Of a stretch of 64,000 nucleotides of DNA, positions 12,124 through 23,112 are shown piece after piece. The stretch is taken from NCBI GenBank assembly GCA_049840735.1, contig JASGJN010000017.1, positions 256,001 to 320,000 of the forward strand, given 5' to 3'. The position numbers were made by a program, and so were the translations under genes. Positions within the stretch are counted from its first letter, which is position 1, and each line of letters begins with the position of its first letter. The stretch is from Anaeromyxobacter sp. Its GTDB lineage: Bacteria; Myxococcota; Myxococcia; Myxococcales; Anaeromyxobacteraceae. The notes under the pieces were generated by a model that worked only from the letters and a program-made list of their open reading frames with translations, was not told the origin of the DNA and did no database searches.

Positions 12124-13068
12124 TCAGCGCGCGACGACGCGCCGCGCCAGGGCCTCCAGCTCCTCCGGCCCCCGGGGCGGCGCCACCCACACCACCCCGC
12201 GCTCCTTGCGCAGCCGAATCACCTGCCGCCGCGCGTAGCGGCGGTGGGCCACCTGCACCCTGCGGACGGCCTCCGCCTCGGGCAGCGCCCCCTGCACGCA
12301 GGCCGCCGCCTCGGCGTAGCCGATGGGCAGCCGCTCCGGCAGCGCGCCGCCGGTCCGGGCCAGGAGCCCCCGCGCCTCCTCGAGCAGCCCGCCGCGGAAC
12401 ATCTCCACCACGCGCCCGTCGATCCGGGCGTGCAGCGCCTCGCGCGGCGGGTCGAGCGCCAGCAGCGTGGCGTCGTAGCGGTCCGGCTGGAAGGCGTGGG
12501 CGGCGTGCAGGTCGGAGGGCAGCGTGCCGCCCGCCGCGATCTCCAGCGCGCGGACGATGCGCACCAGGTCGTTCTCGCGGATGCGGGCGGCCGCGGCCGG
12601 GTCGAGGGCGGCGAGGCGCGCGTGCAGGGCGGGCCGTCCCAGCGCCGCGGCCTCGGCCTCCAGCCGCGCGCGCAGCGCCGGATCGCGCCCCGGCGCCGCC
12701 ACCACGCCGTGCAGCAGCGTGCGGACGTAGAGGCCGGTGCCGCCGGCCACCACCGGGAAGCGGCCGCGCGCGGCGATGTCTGCGATGGCCTGGTCGGCCA
12801 GCGCGGCGAAGCGGGCCGCGTCCATTCCCTCCCCGGGCTCGACCAGGTCGAGCAGGTGGTGGGGCACGGCCGCGCGCTCGGCCGCGGTGGGCTTGGCGGT
12901 TCCCACGTCCAGGCCGCGGTAGACCTGCTGCGAGTCGGCGTTGACAATCTCGCCCCCCAGCCGCCGGGCCAGGGCGACGGCCAAGGCCGTCTTGCCCGAG
13001 GCGGTGGGGCCGGCAATCACCAGCAGCCGCTGGCGCGGTGCGCCGCTCCTGTCGAGGTCGTCCGACAC
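12124..13068 (-). CDS. miaA: tRNA dimethylallyltransferase
   Basis: GPTASGKT, NADSQQVYRGLDVGTAKP, GGTGLY, YARRQ. Confidence 0.95.
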   Translation of the reverse strand: MSDDLDRSGAPRQRLLVIAGPTASGKTALAVALARRLGGEIVNADSQQVYRGLDVGTAKPTAAERAAVPHHLLDLVEPGEGMDAARFAALADQAIADIAARGRFPVVAGGTGLYVRTLLHGVVAAPGRDPALRARLEAEAAALGRPALHARLAALDPAAAARIRENDLVRIVRALEIAAGGTLPSDLHAAHAFQPDRYDATLLALDPPREALHARIDGRVVEMFRGGLLEEARGLLARTGGALPERLPIGYAEAAACVQGALPEAEAVRRVQVAHRRYARRQVIRLRKERGVVWVAPPRGPEELEALARRVVAR

Positions 13069-13115
13069 GGCGGCATGGATACCAGGGAACGGGCCGGGGC
13101 GCACCGCCCGCGCCG

Positions 13116-14661
13116 CTACCAGCTGACGGTGGTGCCGAGCAGGAAGACCTGCTTCTTGCGGACCGAGCCGCCCTCGCCCGGCCCGGGCATCGGCTCCATC
13201 ATGCCGCCGCCGCCCCAGGGCAGCGGGCCGGCGGACCCGGAGGCGTCGCGCTGCAGCCACTCGTGGCGCGCCACCAGCGCCAGGTTGCGGGTGACGCGGA
13301 AGGTGACGCCCGCCGAGGTGAACCAGCGCCGGTCCTCTCCCCGCCCCTGCCCCTGGACCAGCGTGGAGCCGTCGGGCCGGCTCAGCACGCGGCGGGTCTC
13401 CTCCAGCCCCTGGCGCCACTCCCGCGCCACGCCCAGCTCCAGCGAGAAGCGTCCGGGCCGGGCCTGCGCCCAGCCCCAGGCCAGGTGGCTGTCGTAGCCG
13501 TAGGGCTGCACGTCCACCGCGGTGCAGCCGTCCGGGCACTCGGGGTTGGGCGGCAGCGGCTGCGGCGCGGAGGCCACCTCGCCGATGTCCTCGCGCTGGA
13601 AACGGTAGCCCAGCCGCAGCGTGACCGCCGTCCAGCGCAGCTCCTGCCAGAGCCCGGCCTCGAGCCGGCGGCCGGTGAGGACGGCGAACTCGTCCCCCTG
13701 GCCCTGCTTCCCTGTCACGCCCAGGTCGAGCCGGGTGAAGCCGCGCCCGCCCTCCTCCAGCGCCACCCAGCCGCGGCCGGCGACCGCGCGCTGCAGCGGG
13801 CGGAAGTCGGTGCGCCCGGCGAAGGCCAGCTGCCCGTCGGCGGCCAGGCCCAGCTCGAATCCGCCGCGCCGGCGTGAAGCGGAGGGCGAAGGTCAGGTCG
13901 TGCGTCTGGGTGCTTTGGTCCTCGGCGTCGGCGTCCGCGTAGAGCAGCTGGGAGAAGGTGTAGGCGGCCTCCAGCTCGGCCGGCTTGCCCAGCCGCAGGC
14001 GCAGCGTGGCGTCGCCGTCGGCCAGCAGCAGCGCGCTGGGCGCGGTGGTGGTGCCCGAGCCCGGCCGCTCGACCGGCCCCAGGCCGGCGAGGAGCGCGTC
14101 GCTGTCGTAGCCGCCGGCCAGCCGCCCGCGCACGAGCCACCGCTCCGGCGGCGGCTGCGCGGGCCGGGGCGGCGTCGCGGGCCCCAGCTGGCGCTCGAGA
14201 TCCTCGACCAGCTGCAGCGCCGACCCGCTCGCCACGGCCCGGGCGCGCGCGGCCAGCGCCACCGCGGCCCCGCGGTCGCCGCCGTCCAGGGCGGCGAAGC
14301 CCGCGTTGCAGAGCGCCACCGCGGCCAGCTCCGGGCTGCGGGCCGCCTCCAGGAAGGCCACCTGGGCCTCGCCCCAGCGCCCCAGCGCGTAGAGGCAGGC
14401 GCCGCGGTTGAACCACCAGGCGCCGACCGAGTCGGCGCCGCCGCGCGACCGGTCCAGCGCGTCCAGCGCCTCGGCGGGCTTGCCGGCGCGGAAGCGGGCC
14501 AGGGCGGCCAGGTAGAGCGCGGACGAGGGCGCCTCCGCCCCGGCGGCGTCGAGCGCCAGCGCCTCGGCGCGTGCGTAGTCGCCCGCGGCGAAGGCGGCGC
14601 GGGCCTCAGCGAGCGGGTCGGGCGCGGTCGCCAGGACCAGCGCCAGCACCGCCGCCGTCAT
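13116..14661 (-). CDS. Exported TPR protein with probable C-terminal outer-membrane beta-barrel; frameshift near 13860
   Basis: Signal peptide, Ala-rich TPR helices, then amphipathic strands (LAGGYDSD, LRLGYRFQ) ending FLLGTTVSW, a beta-signal-like aromatic C-terminus. Confidence 0.7.
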
Positions 14662-15074
14662 CTGCGGTGCCGCTCCGGCATGGTCCCTCCTGGCCCCGGC
14701 ATGGTGGTCGGGGACGGGGCGGTGGTGCCGGGCGGAGGCGGCGGAGGGGCGCCGGTCTGGCTCCCCTCCATCCGCGGGGCCGTGCCGCCCTGCTGCTGGG
14801 CGGGGCGGGCCCCGTCGGCGGGCCGGGCACCGCCCGCGGGTGCGGGCTGGCCGGCCCGAAGCCGGTCGATGATGGTGTCGACGCGCTCGCCGGGGGCGAT
14901 GACGTCGACGCGGTGCGAGGCGCGGACGCGTGGCGTGGCCTCGGCCTGGCCGGCGGCGCTGGCCGCCGGCTCGGGCGCCGGGGTGGAGGTGGCCGGCGGC
15001 GACTGGGCGTGCGCCACCCCCGCCGCGGCCAGGACGGCCAGCGCGACCAGCAGGCGTGCAGCGTGGCTCGTCAT
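14658..15074 (-). CDS. Small exported Pro/Gly-rich hypothetical protein
   Basis: Signal peptide ending VAHA-Q; core RVDVIAPGERVDTIIDRLRA; ATGA overlaps with both neighbours. Confidence 0.7.
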   Translation of the reverse strand: MTSHAARLLVALAVLAAAGVAHAQSPPATSTPAPEPAASAAGQAEATPRVRASHRVDVIAPGERVDTIIDRLRAGQPAPAGGARPADGARPAQQQGGTAPRMEGSQTGAPPPPPPGTTAPSPTTMPGPGGTMPERHRR

Positions 15075-15640
15075 CCGTCCACCACCTCGATCACGACCTC
15101 GTCCCGCACCCGTGCGCCACCCACCTCTGCGTCGACGTGGATGCGGTAGCGGCCCGGCCGCTGCCCGCGCACGGCGATGGGGATCTCATTGTCGCCCCTC
15201 GACAGCGGCTGGGTCCACTCGAAGCTGCGCTGGGGGAGCGACTCCCCGCTGGCCCAGAAGGACAGCTCGGGGGGGAGCGTGACGCGGATGAGGGCGGCCT
15301 CGACCGGCACGTCCGCCGAGAGGTTGAGCCGGACCACCGCCACCTGCGTGGCGGAGAGGACGGCGGAGGGACGAGCCGGGCGCAGCAGCGAGGTACCGCC
15401 CATGACCACCACCAGGAGCAGCGCGGCGGCCGCGCCGAGCGCAGCGGCGCCGGCGGCCCACCGCACGCGGCGGTCGTGGAAGGACTCCACGAGCGCGGCC
15501 CAGCGCGAGGGCGGCGCCGGCGGGCCGGCCGCGACCAGCTTGCGACGGAGCGCCAGGGTGAAGTCCTCGGCGCCCTGGTCCACGCGCAGCGCGCGGAGCC
15601 GGTCCCGGAGCTCGCGGTCGTCTGGTTCGCGCGCCGTCAT
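15071..15640 (-). CDS. Putative single-pass anti-sigma factor
   Basis: Directly follows the ECF sigma gene with ATGA overlap; short cytoplasmic N-terminus, TM helix, Ig-like beta-rich C-terminal domain. Confidence 0.7.
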   Translation of the reverse strand: MTAREPDDRELRDRLRALRVDQGAEDFTLALRRKLVAAGPPAPPSRWAALVESFHDRRVRWAAGAAALGAAAALLLVVVMGGTSLLRPARPSAVLSATQVAVVRLNLSADVPVEAALIRVTLPPELSFWASGESLPQRSFEWTQPLSRGDNEIPIAVRGQRPGRYRIHVDAEVGGARVRDEVVIEVVDG

Positions 15641-16266
15641 GGCTTCCTCGATCGGTTGGACGAAGGGTCGCAAGCGGATGTTCCCGGGGAGTCCGCCGCG
15701 CGGGTGCCGGGCACCTCGGGCCGCTCCAGCACGGCGCGCAGCGCGGCCCTCCCGCGGTGGAGCCGGGACTTGATGGTCCCCACCGCCACGTCCTCCACCG
15801 CCGCCACCTCGTCGTAGGTGAGCCCTTCGACGTCGAACAGCACCAGCGCCGAGCGGTACTCGGTGGGAATCTCCCGCAGGGCCGCCCACACCCGGGCCCG
15901 GTCCTGGGCCGCCGCCAGCGCCTCGTCCGGCCGCTCGCCGCCCTCGCGGTCGTCGCTGCGCTCGTCCAGCGGCTCCTCGCGCGCGCGGCGCGTGCCCTCC
16001 CGGCCCTTGCTCGCGTCGAGGCAGGCGCTGCGGACCACGGCGAAGAGCCAGGTGGTGAAGGCCGACTGCCACCTGAAGGAGCGCAGGTTGCGGTAGACGC
16101 GGAGGAGCGCCTCCTGCGCCAGGTCGTCGGCGTCGCTCTCCGAGCGGGCGAAGGCCCGGGCGAGCCGCCTGACGCGTGGGAGCTGCCCCGACACGAGCGC
16201 CTCGAAGGCACGCACGTCGCCCGTCTGGGCACGCGCCACCAGCTCGTCGAGGTCGTCCAGGCTCAC
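15637..16266 (-). CDS. ECF (group 4 sigma-70) RNA polymerase sigma factor
   Basis: DADDLAQEALLRVY, FTTWLF, EGLTYDEVA..VAVGTIKSRLHRGR. Confidence 0.93.
   Translation of the reverse strand: MSLDDLDELVARAQTGDVRAFEALVSGQLPRVRRLARAFARSESDADDLAQEALLRVYRNLRSFRWQSAFTTWLFAVVRSACLDASKGREGTRRAREEPLDERSDDREGGERPDEALAAAQDRARVWAALREIPTEYRSALVLFDVEGLTYDEVAAVEDVAVGTIKSRLHRGRAALRAVLERPEVPGTRAADSPGTSACDPSSNRSRKP
15659..15684 (-). promoter_or_regulatory. ECF-type promoter inside the 3' end of the sigma gene, upstream of the anti-sigma gene
   Basis: Minus strand GGAAC-N17-CGTC. Confidence 0.6.
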
Positions 16267-16379
16267 GCCCGCAACATATCGCACGAGGCCGGGAACAATC
16301 CGAGCACTCGTTCCTTCCCACGCTCAGGAACGCCGGCCCCCGGCACGACGCGGCCCTCGAGGCCGCCGGAGCACCCGAA

Positions 16380-17222
16380 ATGACCCGTCAGCGCACTCTC
16401 CTCGCGGTCGTGGGCATCGTCCTCGCCGCGGCCTGCGGCAAGGGCATCAGCACCTCCGGCACCAGCACCACCACCACCACCAGCGTGCTGGCCACCGCCT
16501 ACGCGTCCTCGACCGCCTCGAGCGGCACCCTGCTGTGCTCGCCACAGCAGGCCCAGCTCGACGCCTGCGCCGGCCTGGCCGCGGGCGACGCCTGCACGCT
16601 CACCGGCACCGACGGCACCACGTCCATCGACGGCACCTGCCGCGCCACGCTCGACGGCACCGCCGTCGCCTGCTCCCCGACTCCGCCGGCGCCGCCGCAG
16701 GAGCTCGTCGAGGCCTGCGCCGACAAGGCGCTCTCCGACGCCTGCACGGTGACCGAGCCGGACGGCGACACGCGCGAGGGCGTCTGCGTCACGGCCCGCG
16801 ACGGCGCCACGGTGATCTGCGGCCGCCAGCACACCCCGCCCCAGGCCGCCGTCGACGCCTGCGCCAGCGCCGCGGCCGGCGACGCCTGCAGCTTCACCGG
16901 CGGCCACGACGGCGCCCAGACCATCAGCGGCGTCTGCGCGCTCGGCCCCGGCGAGAGCGGCGTGCTGGCCTGCGTCCCCGCGCAGCAGATCCGCCCCGGC
17001 GCCACCGAGGCCTGCGCCGGCCTGGCCGGCGGCGACGCCTGCACGCTGGGCGGCCGCCACGCGGTGGACGGCACCTGCGTGGTGCCGGCGGCCGGCGGCG
17101 ACGCGGTCTGCGTCCCCGGCTGCGGCACGCTCGGCGGCCCCTTCGCCTGCCACCAGCCGGACGGCCACCACCACGGCGGCGGCATGGACGGCGGCATGGG
17201 CCCCGGCGCCGGCATGCCCTGA
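16380..17222 (+). CDS. Cys-rich repeat lipoprotein with His/Gly/Met tail
   Basis: Lipobox LAAAC; four repeats of AC-x(4-5)-(G/S)DAC...G(T/V)C...C; ends HQPDGHHHGGGMDGGMGPGAGMP. Confidence 0.8.
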   Translation: MTRQRTLLAVVGIVLAAACGKGISTSGTSTTTTTSVLATAYASSTASSGTLLCSPQQAQLDACAGLAAGDACTLTGTDGTTSIDGTCRATLDGTAVACSPTPPAPPQELVEACADKALSDACTVTEPDGDTREGVCVTARDGATVICGRQHTPPQAAVDACASAAAGDACSFTGGHDGAQTISGVCALGPGESGVLACVPAQQIRPGATEACAGLAGGDACTLGGRHAVDGTCVVPAAGGDAVCVPGCGTLGGPFACHQPDGHHHGGGMDGGMGPGAGMP

Positions 17223-17304
17223 GACCAGCTTCCCCAGGTGCACCGTCGGGCGCGGTCGCGGGTTCTTCTCCCCCCGTTTCCCTCGGCCGAGACCGATGAG
17301 CACC

Positions 17305-17340
17305 CCGCCCGTCGCGACCTCGCGGCGGGCGGTCTTGTTT
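17305..17340 (+). terminator. Intrinsic terminator
   Basis: CCGCCCGTCGCG-ACCT-CGCGGCGGGCGG followed by TCTTGTTT. Confidence 0.6.
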
Positions 17341-17404
17341 GCGCAGACGGCGGCGCCCGGAGCCGCGAGGCCCCGGGCGCCGGTTGCTGCGGACCGCTGC
17401 GGCC

Positions 17405-18904
17405 CTAGAGGCCGTCCACCGAGTAGACGGCGTACCCGCGCGGCGGCGCGTACACCTCCACCGAGCCGTTGGCGTCGGCGTACTTGCTGGCGGGCTGGTA
17501 GTTCTGCCCGCTCTTGGGCGAGTACCAGGCGTAGGCCTTGAGCGTCTTGTTCTTCAGGTAGCCGTTGCCGGTCTGGACCCAGGCGCCCTTCCAGGCGCTG
17601 GCGTTGTCGTTCAGGACCACGATGTAGCCGGGCGAGGTGCTGCTGTAGCCCTTCGACCCGTAGATGAGCACGTCGCCGTCGTTGGTCTTGAGCAGCTCGA
17701 TCTGCGGGCCGGCGCCGCCCAGCTTGCCGCGCACCCAGACCAGCTGCTTGATGCCGTTGCCCCACTGCCCGCCCAGGCCCTTGAGGCCGTAGTCGAAGTA
17801 GTCCTTCCACCAGATCATCGGGTAGCCCTGGTAGGTGAGGATGTAGGCGTAGGCGATCATCTTGTCGGTGCTGATCTCGTCGGTGTCGTGGTTCCCGACG
17901 AAGGTCACCGCGCGGTACGGGTTCTTGGCCGCGAAGGACTTGCTGGGATCGACCAGGTTGGGCAGGTAGCCGCCGCCTCCGGTGTTGGTGCAGATGTCAC
18001 GCAGCGTGTAATACGAGGCGAAGTCGAACGCGCTGGCGTTGGCCGCGTTCGCCCACCAGTCGAGCGTGCCGGTGTTGGAGTCCCAGTACTCGCCCACCGA
18101 GAAGGCGCCGCCGGTGGCCGCCTTCATGTCCTTCACCACCCAGGGCCAGATCCCCTTCACGTAGTCGAAGCGCCACTGGGTGAACCCGGCGTTGTTCGCG
18201 TCCTTCAGCCAGTTCATCCAGGTCTTGGTGTCGCCGTAGGCCGGCGAGTTGTTCATGTTCACGTCGGGGAAGCCGCCGAACGTGCCCGAGTCGCTGGCCT
18301 CGTAGGCGTTGGGGTGGAACGAGCTCGCGTGCCACTTGTTCTTGCCGGAGGCCACGCCGTCGAAGTTGGTCCAGGTGTTGGCGTTGGCCCACTGGTTCCA
18401 CTCGCTGGCGCCGCCGGAGCGGTGGTTCAGGACGATGTCGGCCATCGAGGCGATGCCGTAGCCCTTGAACGTGGCGATGGCGCTCTTCAGCTCGGCCTGG
18501 CTGCCGAAGCGCGTCTCGGTGCAGCCCTTCTGGTTGTACTGGCCGACGTCGTAGTAGTCGAACGGGTCGTAGCCCATCGAGTAGCAGCCGTTGTCGGCCT
18601 TCGACACCGGCGGGAACCAGATGACGTCCACGCCGTAGCCGCCGGCCATGTTCGCCAGCTCCCCGGCCTTGCCCTTCATGGTGTTGTACCAGGTGCCTCC
18701 CGCTGGGACGTCCCAGTAGAAGCCCTGCATCATCACGCCGGACTTGCCCGACGCCGACGAGGCCATCGGGATGTCCGCCTCCGCGAGGCCCTGCCCTTCA
18801 TCCAGCTCCGGGCCACCGCAGCCCGGCAGCAGCAACAGCGCCGCCGCTGCCAGACCCACGACTGACGTCCACAGCCCCCGTGCTGCGCGACCATCGTGCT
18901 TCAT
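17405..18904 (-). CDS. GH13 alpha-amylase lipoprotein, Thermococcales-like (GH13_7-type) motifs
   Basis: Lipobox LPGC; MQGFYWDVP, SMGYDPFDYYD, DIVLNH, WRFDYVKG, VGEYWD, FVGNHDTD. Confidence 0.92.
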   Translation of the reverse strand: MKHDGRAARGLWTSVVGLAAAALLLLPGCGGPELDEGQGLAEADIPMASSASGKSGVMMQGFYWDVPAGGTWYNTMKGKAGELANMAGGYGVDVIWFPPVSKADNGCYSMGYDPFDYYDVGQYNQKGCTETRFGSQAELKSAIATFKGYGIASMADIVLNHRSGGASEWNQWANANTWTNFDGVASGKNKWHASSFHPNAYEASDSGTFGGFPDVNMNNSPAYGDTKTWMNWLKDANNAGFTQWRFDYVKGIWPWVVKDMKAATGGAFSVGEYWDSNTGTLDWWANAANASAFDFASYYTLRDICTNTGGGGYLPNLVDPSKSFAAKNPYRAVTFVGNHDTDEISTDKMIAYAYILTYQGYPMIWWKDYFDYGLKGLGGQWGNGIKQLVWVRGKLGGAGPQIELLKTNDGDVLIYGSKGYSSTSPGYIVVLNDNASAWKGAWVQTGNGYLKNKTLKAYAWYSPKSGQNYQPASKYADANGSVEVYAPPRGYAVYSVDGL

Positions 18905-19257
18905 GCGTCTCTCCCCAGACGCACACCGCCCGGCGACCTTTCACTCCAGGAGCGGCCCCGCCGACGACGTGCCGGGACTCGCCGTCACCGCTGACCTGGA
19001 AGCCTCGATCGGTGAGCCGGCGCAGTATGGCGAGGCGTGCGCACCTTGGAGCGGGAACCCGCCAGGGACACACACCTGGGACTATTTGGATCTACGAAAC
19101 CACCACAGGAAACGTAAGCGAATCACCCACAGTCACGCAGCCGGACCCACCTCCGCGCATGGCGGGCGGCGCGACGGCGTGGCGTAACTCCCCGAATAGA
19201 CGGACGTACCGTTGATCCGCGTTGTTCACTTTCCGTTCGCAACGGGAGGGCTCCCCG

Positions 19258-20103
19258 CTATCTCGACCCGATGGCCTCGCCCACGCGCAGCTTGGCGCCT
19301 GGCACCAGCCGCGCGTCGAGCGACACGCGGCCGGGCTCGAAGAGCAGGATCACGGTGGAGCCCATCTCGAAGGCGCCCAGCTCCTGCCCCTTCTCCACCG
19401 GGATGGCCGCCTCGTAGTCGCGGATGCGGGCCCTGGCGCCGGACAGGTTGGTCGGCGGCGCGGAGGGATCGTAGTAGGCCTTCACGCGGCCGACCACGGT
19501 CGCGCCCACCGCCACCACCGCGCACGCGCCCAGCGGTGTCTCCATCACCGTCACCAGCCGCTCGTTGACGGTGAAGAGCCCGGGCACGGTCCGGACCGAG
19601 GCCGGGTTCACCGGCCAGAGCCGGCCCGGCACGTAGCGGTAGCCCGTCACCTGCCCGCCCAGCGGGAAGTGGATCCGGTGGTAGTCGCGGGGCGACAGGT
19701 AGATGGTGGTCCAGGCCCCGCCCTCGAGCCGGCGCGCCAGCGCCTCGTCGCCCAGCAGCGCCGCGGCGGTGTAGTCGATCCCCTTCGCCTGCACCAGCTT
19801 GCCGGCGGTGCAGCGGCCGGCCTCGGAGACCGTGCCGTCCACCGGCGAGACCACCACCTCCGCACCCGGCGCGATGGGGCGGAGCCCGGGGCGGAGCGGC
19901 CGGGCGAAGAACTCGCCGAAGCTGGCATACGCGGTCAGCTCCGGGCACTCCCCCAGGTCGATCCCGTAGCGCCTCGCGAAGCCGCGCATGGCGGCGTGGC
20001 GGACGGGGGCCGGGGCGCGCCAGCGGGTCAGCGCGCCGACCAGGCGGGAGACGGCGTTCTTGGGGACGAGGCGGAGGGCGCCGATGAAGAGCCGGTCGTT
20101 CAT
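19258..20103 (-). CDS. psd: Phosphatidylserine decarboxylase proenzyme
   Basis: [22 protein letters not shown], self-cleavage motif FEMGST. Confidence 0.94.
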   Translation of the reverse strand: MNDRLFIGALRLVPKNAVSRLVGALTRWRAPAPVRHAAMRGFARRYGIDLGECPELTAYASFGEFFARPLRPGLRPIAPGAEVVVSPVDGTVSEAGRCTAGKLVQAKGIDYTAAALLGDEALARRLEGGAWTTIYLSPRDYHRIHFPLGGQVTGYRYVPGRLWPVNPASVRTVPGLFTVNERLVTVMETPLGACAVVAVGATVVGRVKAYYDPSAPPTNLSGARARIRDYEAAIPVEKGQELGAFEMGSTVILLFEPGRVSLDARLVPGAKLRVGEAIGSR

Positions 20104-20200
20104 GCGAGTGGTCGAGTCTAGCAGAACACCCGCCCGGGCCTCGGTTTTTGCCGTGCATGCCACCCGCCGAAGCGGGAGGCTGCGCGCCCAGGAGGCCACC

Positions 20201-21841
20201 ATGGAAGCCATCCGCGCGCCGCGCGGCACCGCCCGCTCGTGCAAGGGCTGGGTGCAGGAAGCGGCGCTCCGCATGCTGATGAACAACCTCGATCCCGAGG
20301 TGGCCGAGCGGCCCGCCGACCTGGTGGTCTACGGCGGGACCGGCAAGGCGGCGCGCGACTGGGAGAGCTACCACCGCATCGTGGCGGCGCTGCGCGCGCT
20401 GCGCGACGACGAGACCTTGCTGGTGCAGAGCGGGAAGCCGGTGGGCGTGCTGGGCACGCACCCGGACGCGCCGCGCGTGCTCATCGCCAACTCCAACCTG
20501 GTGCCGCGCTTCGCCACCTGGGAGACGTTCTGGGACCTCGAGGCCCGCGGCCTGATGATGTACGGGCAGATGACCGCCGGGTCGTGGATCTACATCGGCA
20601 CGCAGGGGATCCTGCAGGGCACCTACGAGACCTTCGCCCAGGCCGGCCGGACCCACTTCGGCTCGGACGATCTCTCCGGCCGCTGGATCCTCTCCGGCGG
20701 GCTGGGCGGGATGGGCGGCGCGCAGCCGCTGGCGGCCACCATGCTGGGCGCGGCCTTCCTGGGCGTGGACGTCGACCCGGAGCGGATCGCGAAGCGGCGC
20801 GCCACCGGCTACCTCGACGAGGTGGCGGACGATCTGGACGACGCGCTCCGGCGGGTGGAGGCGGCGCGGCGCGAGCGACGGCCGCTGTCGGTGGCGGTGG
20901 TGGGGAACGCCGCCGACGTCTACGCCGAGCTGGCGCGGCGCGGCCTGGCGCCCGATCTGGTGACCGATCAGACCAGCGCGCACGACCCGCTCAATGGCTA
21001 CGTGCCCGCCGACGTGACGCTGGCCGACCTGCCCGCGCTCCGCAAGCGCGACCCCGGCGGCGTGGTCCGCCGCGCCAAGCAGTCGATGGCGCGGCAGGTG
21101 GAGGCCATGCTGGCCATGCGCCAGGCCGGGAGCCACGTCTTCGACTACGGCAACAACCTGCGCGCCGGCGCCAAGGAGGCGGGCGTGGCCGAGGCCTACG
21201 CCTACCCCGGCTTCGTGCCCGCCTACGTCCGCCCGCTCTTCTGCGAGGGCCAGGGGCCGTTCCGCTGGGTGGCGCTCTCCGGCGATCCGGCCGACATCGC
21301 CCGCACCGACCGGGCCGTGGCCGAGCTGTTCCCGGAGAAGGCCGCGCTGCGCCGCTGGCTGGACCTGGCCGCCCGCAAGGTCCACTTCCAGGGGCTGCCG
21401 GCGCGCATCTGCTGGCTAGGCTACGGCGAGCGCGACCGCGCCGGGCTGGCCTTCAACGAGCTGGTGCGGCGGGGCGAGGTGAAGGCGCCCATCGTGATCG
21501 GCCGCGATCACCTCGACTGCGGCTCGGTGGCCTCGCCCAACCGCGAGACCGAGGCCATGAAGGACGGCTCGGACGCGGTGGGGGACTGGCCCATCCTGAA
21601 CGCGCTGGTCAACGCCGTGAACGGCGCCTCCTGGGTGAGCTTCCACCACGGCGGCGGCGTGGGCATCGGCTGGTCGCTCCACGCCGGCCAGGTCATCGTG
21701 GCCGACGGGACCGCCGAGGCGGACCGCCGGCTGGAGCGCGTGCTGCGCAGCGACCCGGCCATGGGCGTGCTCCGCCACGCCGACGCCGGCTACGACGAGG
21801 CGCGCGCCGTGGCAGCGGAGCGCGGCGTGAAGATCCCGTGA
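20201..21841 (+). CDS. hutU: Urocanate hydratase
   Basis: [45 protein letters not shown]. Confidence 0.98.
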   Translation: MEAIRAPRGTARSCKGWVQEAALRMLMNNLDPEVAERPADLVVYGGTGKAARDWESYHRIVAALRALRDDETLLVQSGKPVGVLGTHPDAPRVLIANSNLVPRFATWETFWDLEARGLMMYGQMTAGSWIYIGTQGILQGTYETFAQAGRTHFGSDDLSGRWILSGGLGGMGGAQPLAATMLGAAFLGVDVDPERIAKRRATGYLDEVADDLDDALRRVEAARRERRPLSVAVVGNAADVYAELARRGLAPDLVTDQTSAHDPLNGYVPADVTLADLPALRKRDPGGVVRRAKQSMARQVEAMLAMRQAGSHVFDYGNNLRAGAKEAGVAEAYAYPGFVPAYVRPLFCEGQGPFRWVALSGDPADIARTDRAVAELFPEKAALRRWLDLAARKVHFQGLPARICWLGYGERDRAGLAFNELVRRGEVKAPIVIGRDHLDCGSVASPNRETEAMKDGSDAVGDWPILNALVNAVNGASWVSFHHGGGVGIGWSLHAGQVIVADGTAEADRRLERVLRSDPAMGVLRHADAGYDEARAVAAERGVKIP

Positions 21842-23109
21842 GCGCCGCGAAGCCCCGCGCCACCCTGGCCGTCCGCCGGGCCCAGCTGGCCACCTGCGAC
21901 CGCGGCCCGTCGGACCCCGGGCTCCTCCCCGGGGGCGCGGTCGCGCTGGCCGGGGAGACCGTCGCCTGGACCGGGCCGGACGCCGAGCTCGAGCGCGCGG
22001 TGGACCTGGCCGGCGCCGAGGTGGTGGACGCCCGCGGCGGGCTGGTCACCCCGGGGCTCGTGGACGCGCACACGCACCTCCTGTTCGCGGGAGATCGCTC
22101 CGGAGAGTTCGCGCTGCGCTGCGCCGGGAAGAGCTACCTGGAGATCGCCGCCGCCGGCGGCGGCATCGGCGCCACCACCCGCGCCACCGCCGCAGCCAGC
22201 GACGAGGCGCTGCTCGAGGCCGCGGTGGCCCGCGCCAGGCGCCTGCTGGCGCAGGGCGTGACCACCGTCGAGGTGAAGTCCGGCTACGGCCTCGAGCCCG
22301 AGGCCGAGCTGCGCCTGCTGGGGCTCATCCATCAGCTCGGCCACGCGCTGCGCGACGAGCTGACGGTGGTCCCCACCCTGCTCGCCCACGCCGTCCCGCC
22401 CGCGCGCGCCGCCAGCCGCGAGGCCCATGTGGCGGAGCTGGCCGGGCAGCTGGTGCCGGCCGCCGCGCTGGGCGGCCTGGCCCAGGCCTGCGACGTGTTC
22501 GTGGAGCAGGGCGCGTTCACGCCGGAGGAGGCGCGGGCCATCCTGGGGGCGGCCCGCGCCGCCGGCCTCACCACCCGCGTGCACGTGGACCAGCTCACCC
22601 CCGGCCGCGGCGCGCAGCTGGCCGCGGAGCTGGGCTGCGCCTCTGCCGATCATCTGGAGGCGATCGACGAGGAAGGCATCCAGGCCCTGGCCCGGGCCGG
22701 CGTGGTGGCCGGGCTCCTGCCCACCGCCACCTTCTTCCTCGGGCTGGAGCGCTACGCGCCGGGGCGCCGCCTCCTCGACGCCGGCGCCACCGTGGCCCTG
22801 GCCACCAACCTCAACCCCGGCAGCGCCATGACCGAGAACGTGGGGCTGACGCTCTCTCTTGCCTGCCTGAAGCTGGGCCTCACCGCCGCCGAAGCGCTGG
22901 TGGCCTTCACCGCCGGGAGCGCGCTGGCGCTGCGGCGACCCTCGGCCGGCAGGCTCGCGCCGGGGGCGGACGCTGACCTGGTGGTCTGGGGCGCCGCCAC
23001 GCCCGAGCACCTGGCCTGGCACCTGGGCATGAACCACGCGCAGGTGGTGGTGCGGCGCGGCCGGGTGGTGCACCGGGCCGGGCCGGAGGCGGTGGACTGC
23101 AGGGAGTAG
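21838..23109 (+). CDS. hutI: Imidazolonepropionase
   Basis: [32 protein letters not shown] overlap with hutU. Confidence 0.94.
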   Translation: MSAAKPRATLAVRRAQLATCDRGPSDPGLLPGGAVALAGETVAWTGPDAELERAVDLAGAEVVDARGGLVTPGLVDAHTHLLFAGDRSGEFALRCAGKSYLEIAAAGGGIGATTRATAAASDEALLEAAVARARRLLAQGVTTVEVKSGYGLEPEAELRLLGLIHQLGHALRDELTVVPTLLAHAVPPARAASREAHVAELAGQLVPAAALGGLAQACDVFVEQGAFTPEEARAILGAARAAGLTTRVHVDQLTPGRGAQLAAELGCASADHLEAIDEEGIQALARAGVVAGLLPTATFFLGLERYAPGRRLLDAGATVALATNLNPGSAMTENVGLTLSLACLKLGLTAAEALVAFTAGSALALRRPSAGRLAPGADADLVVWGAATPEHLAWHLGMNHAQVVVRRGRVVHRAGPEAVDCRE

Positions 23110-23112
23110 CGC

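Noticed and set aside
12124..14661. 845-aa TPR-MiaA fusion
   Set aside because: Produced by the frameshift near 13860; miaA has its own start at 13068.
18905..19257. Riboswitch upstream of the amylase
   Set aside because: Lower GC, but no recognisable aptamer consensus.
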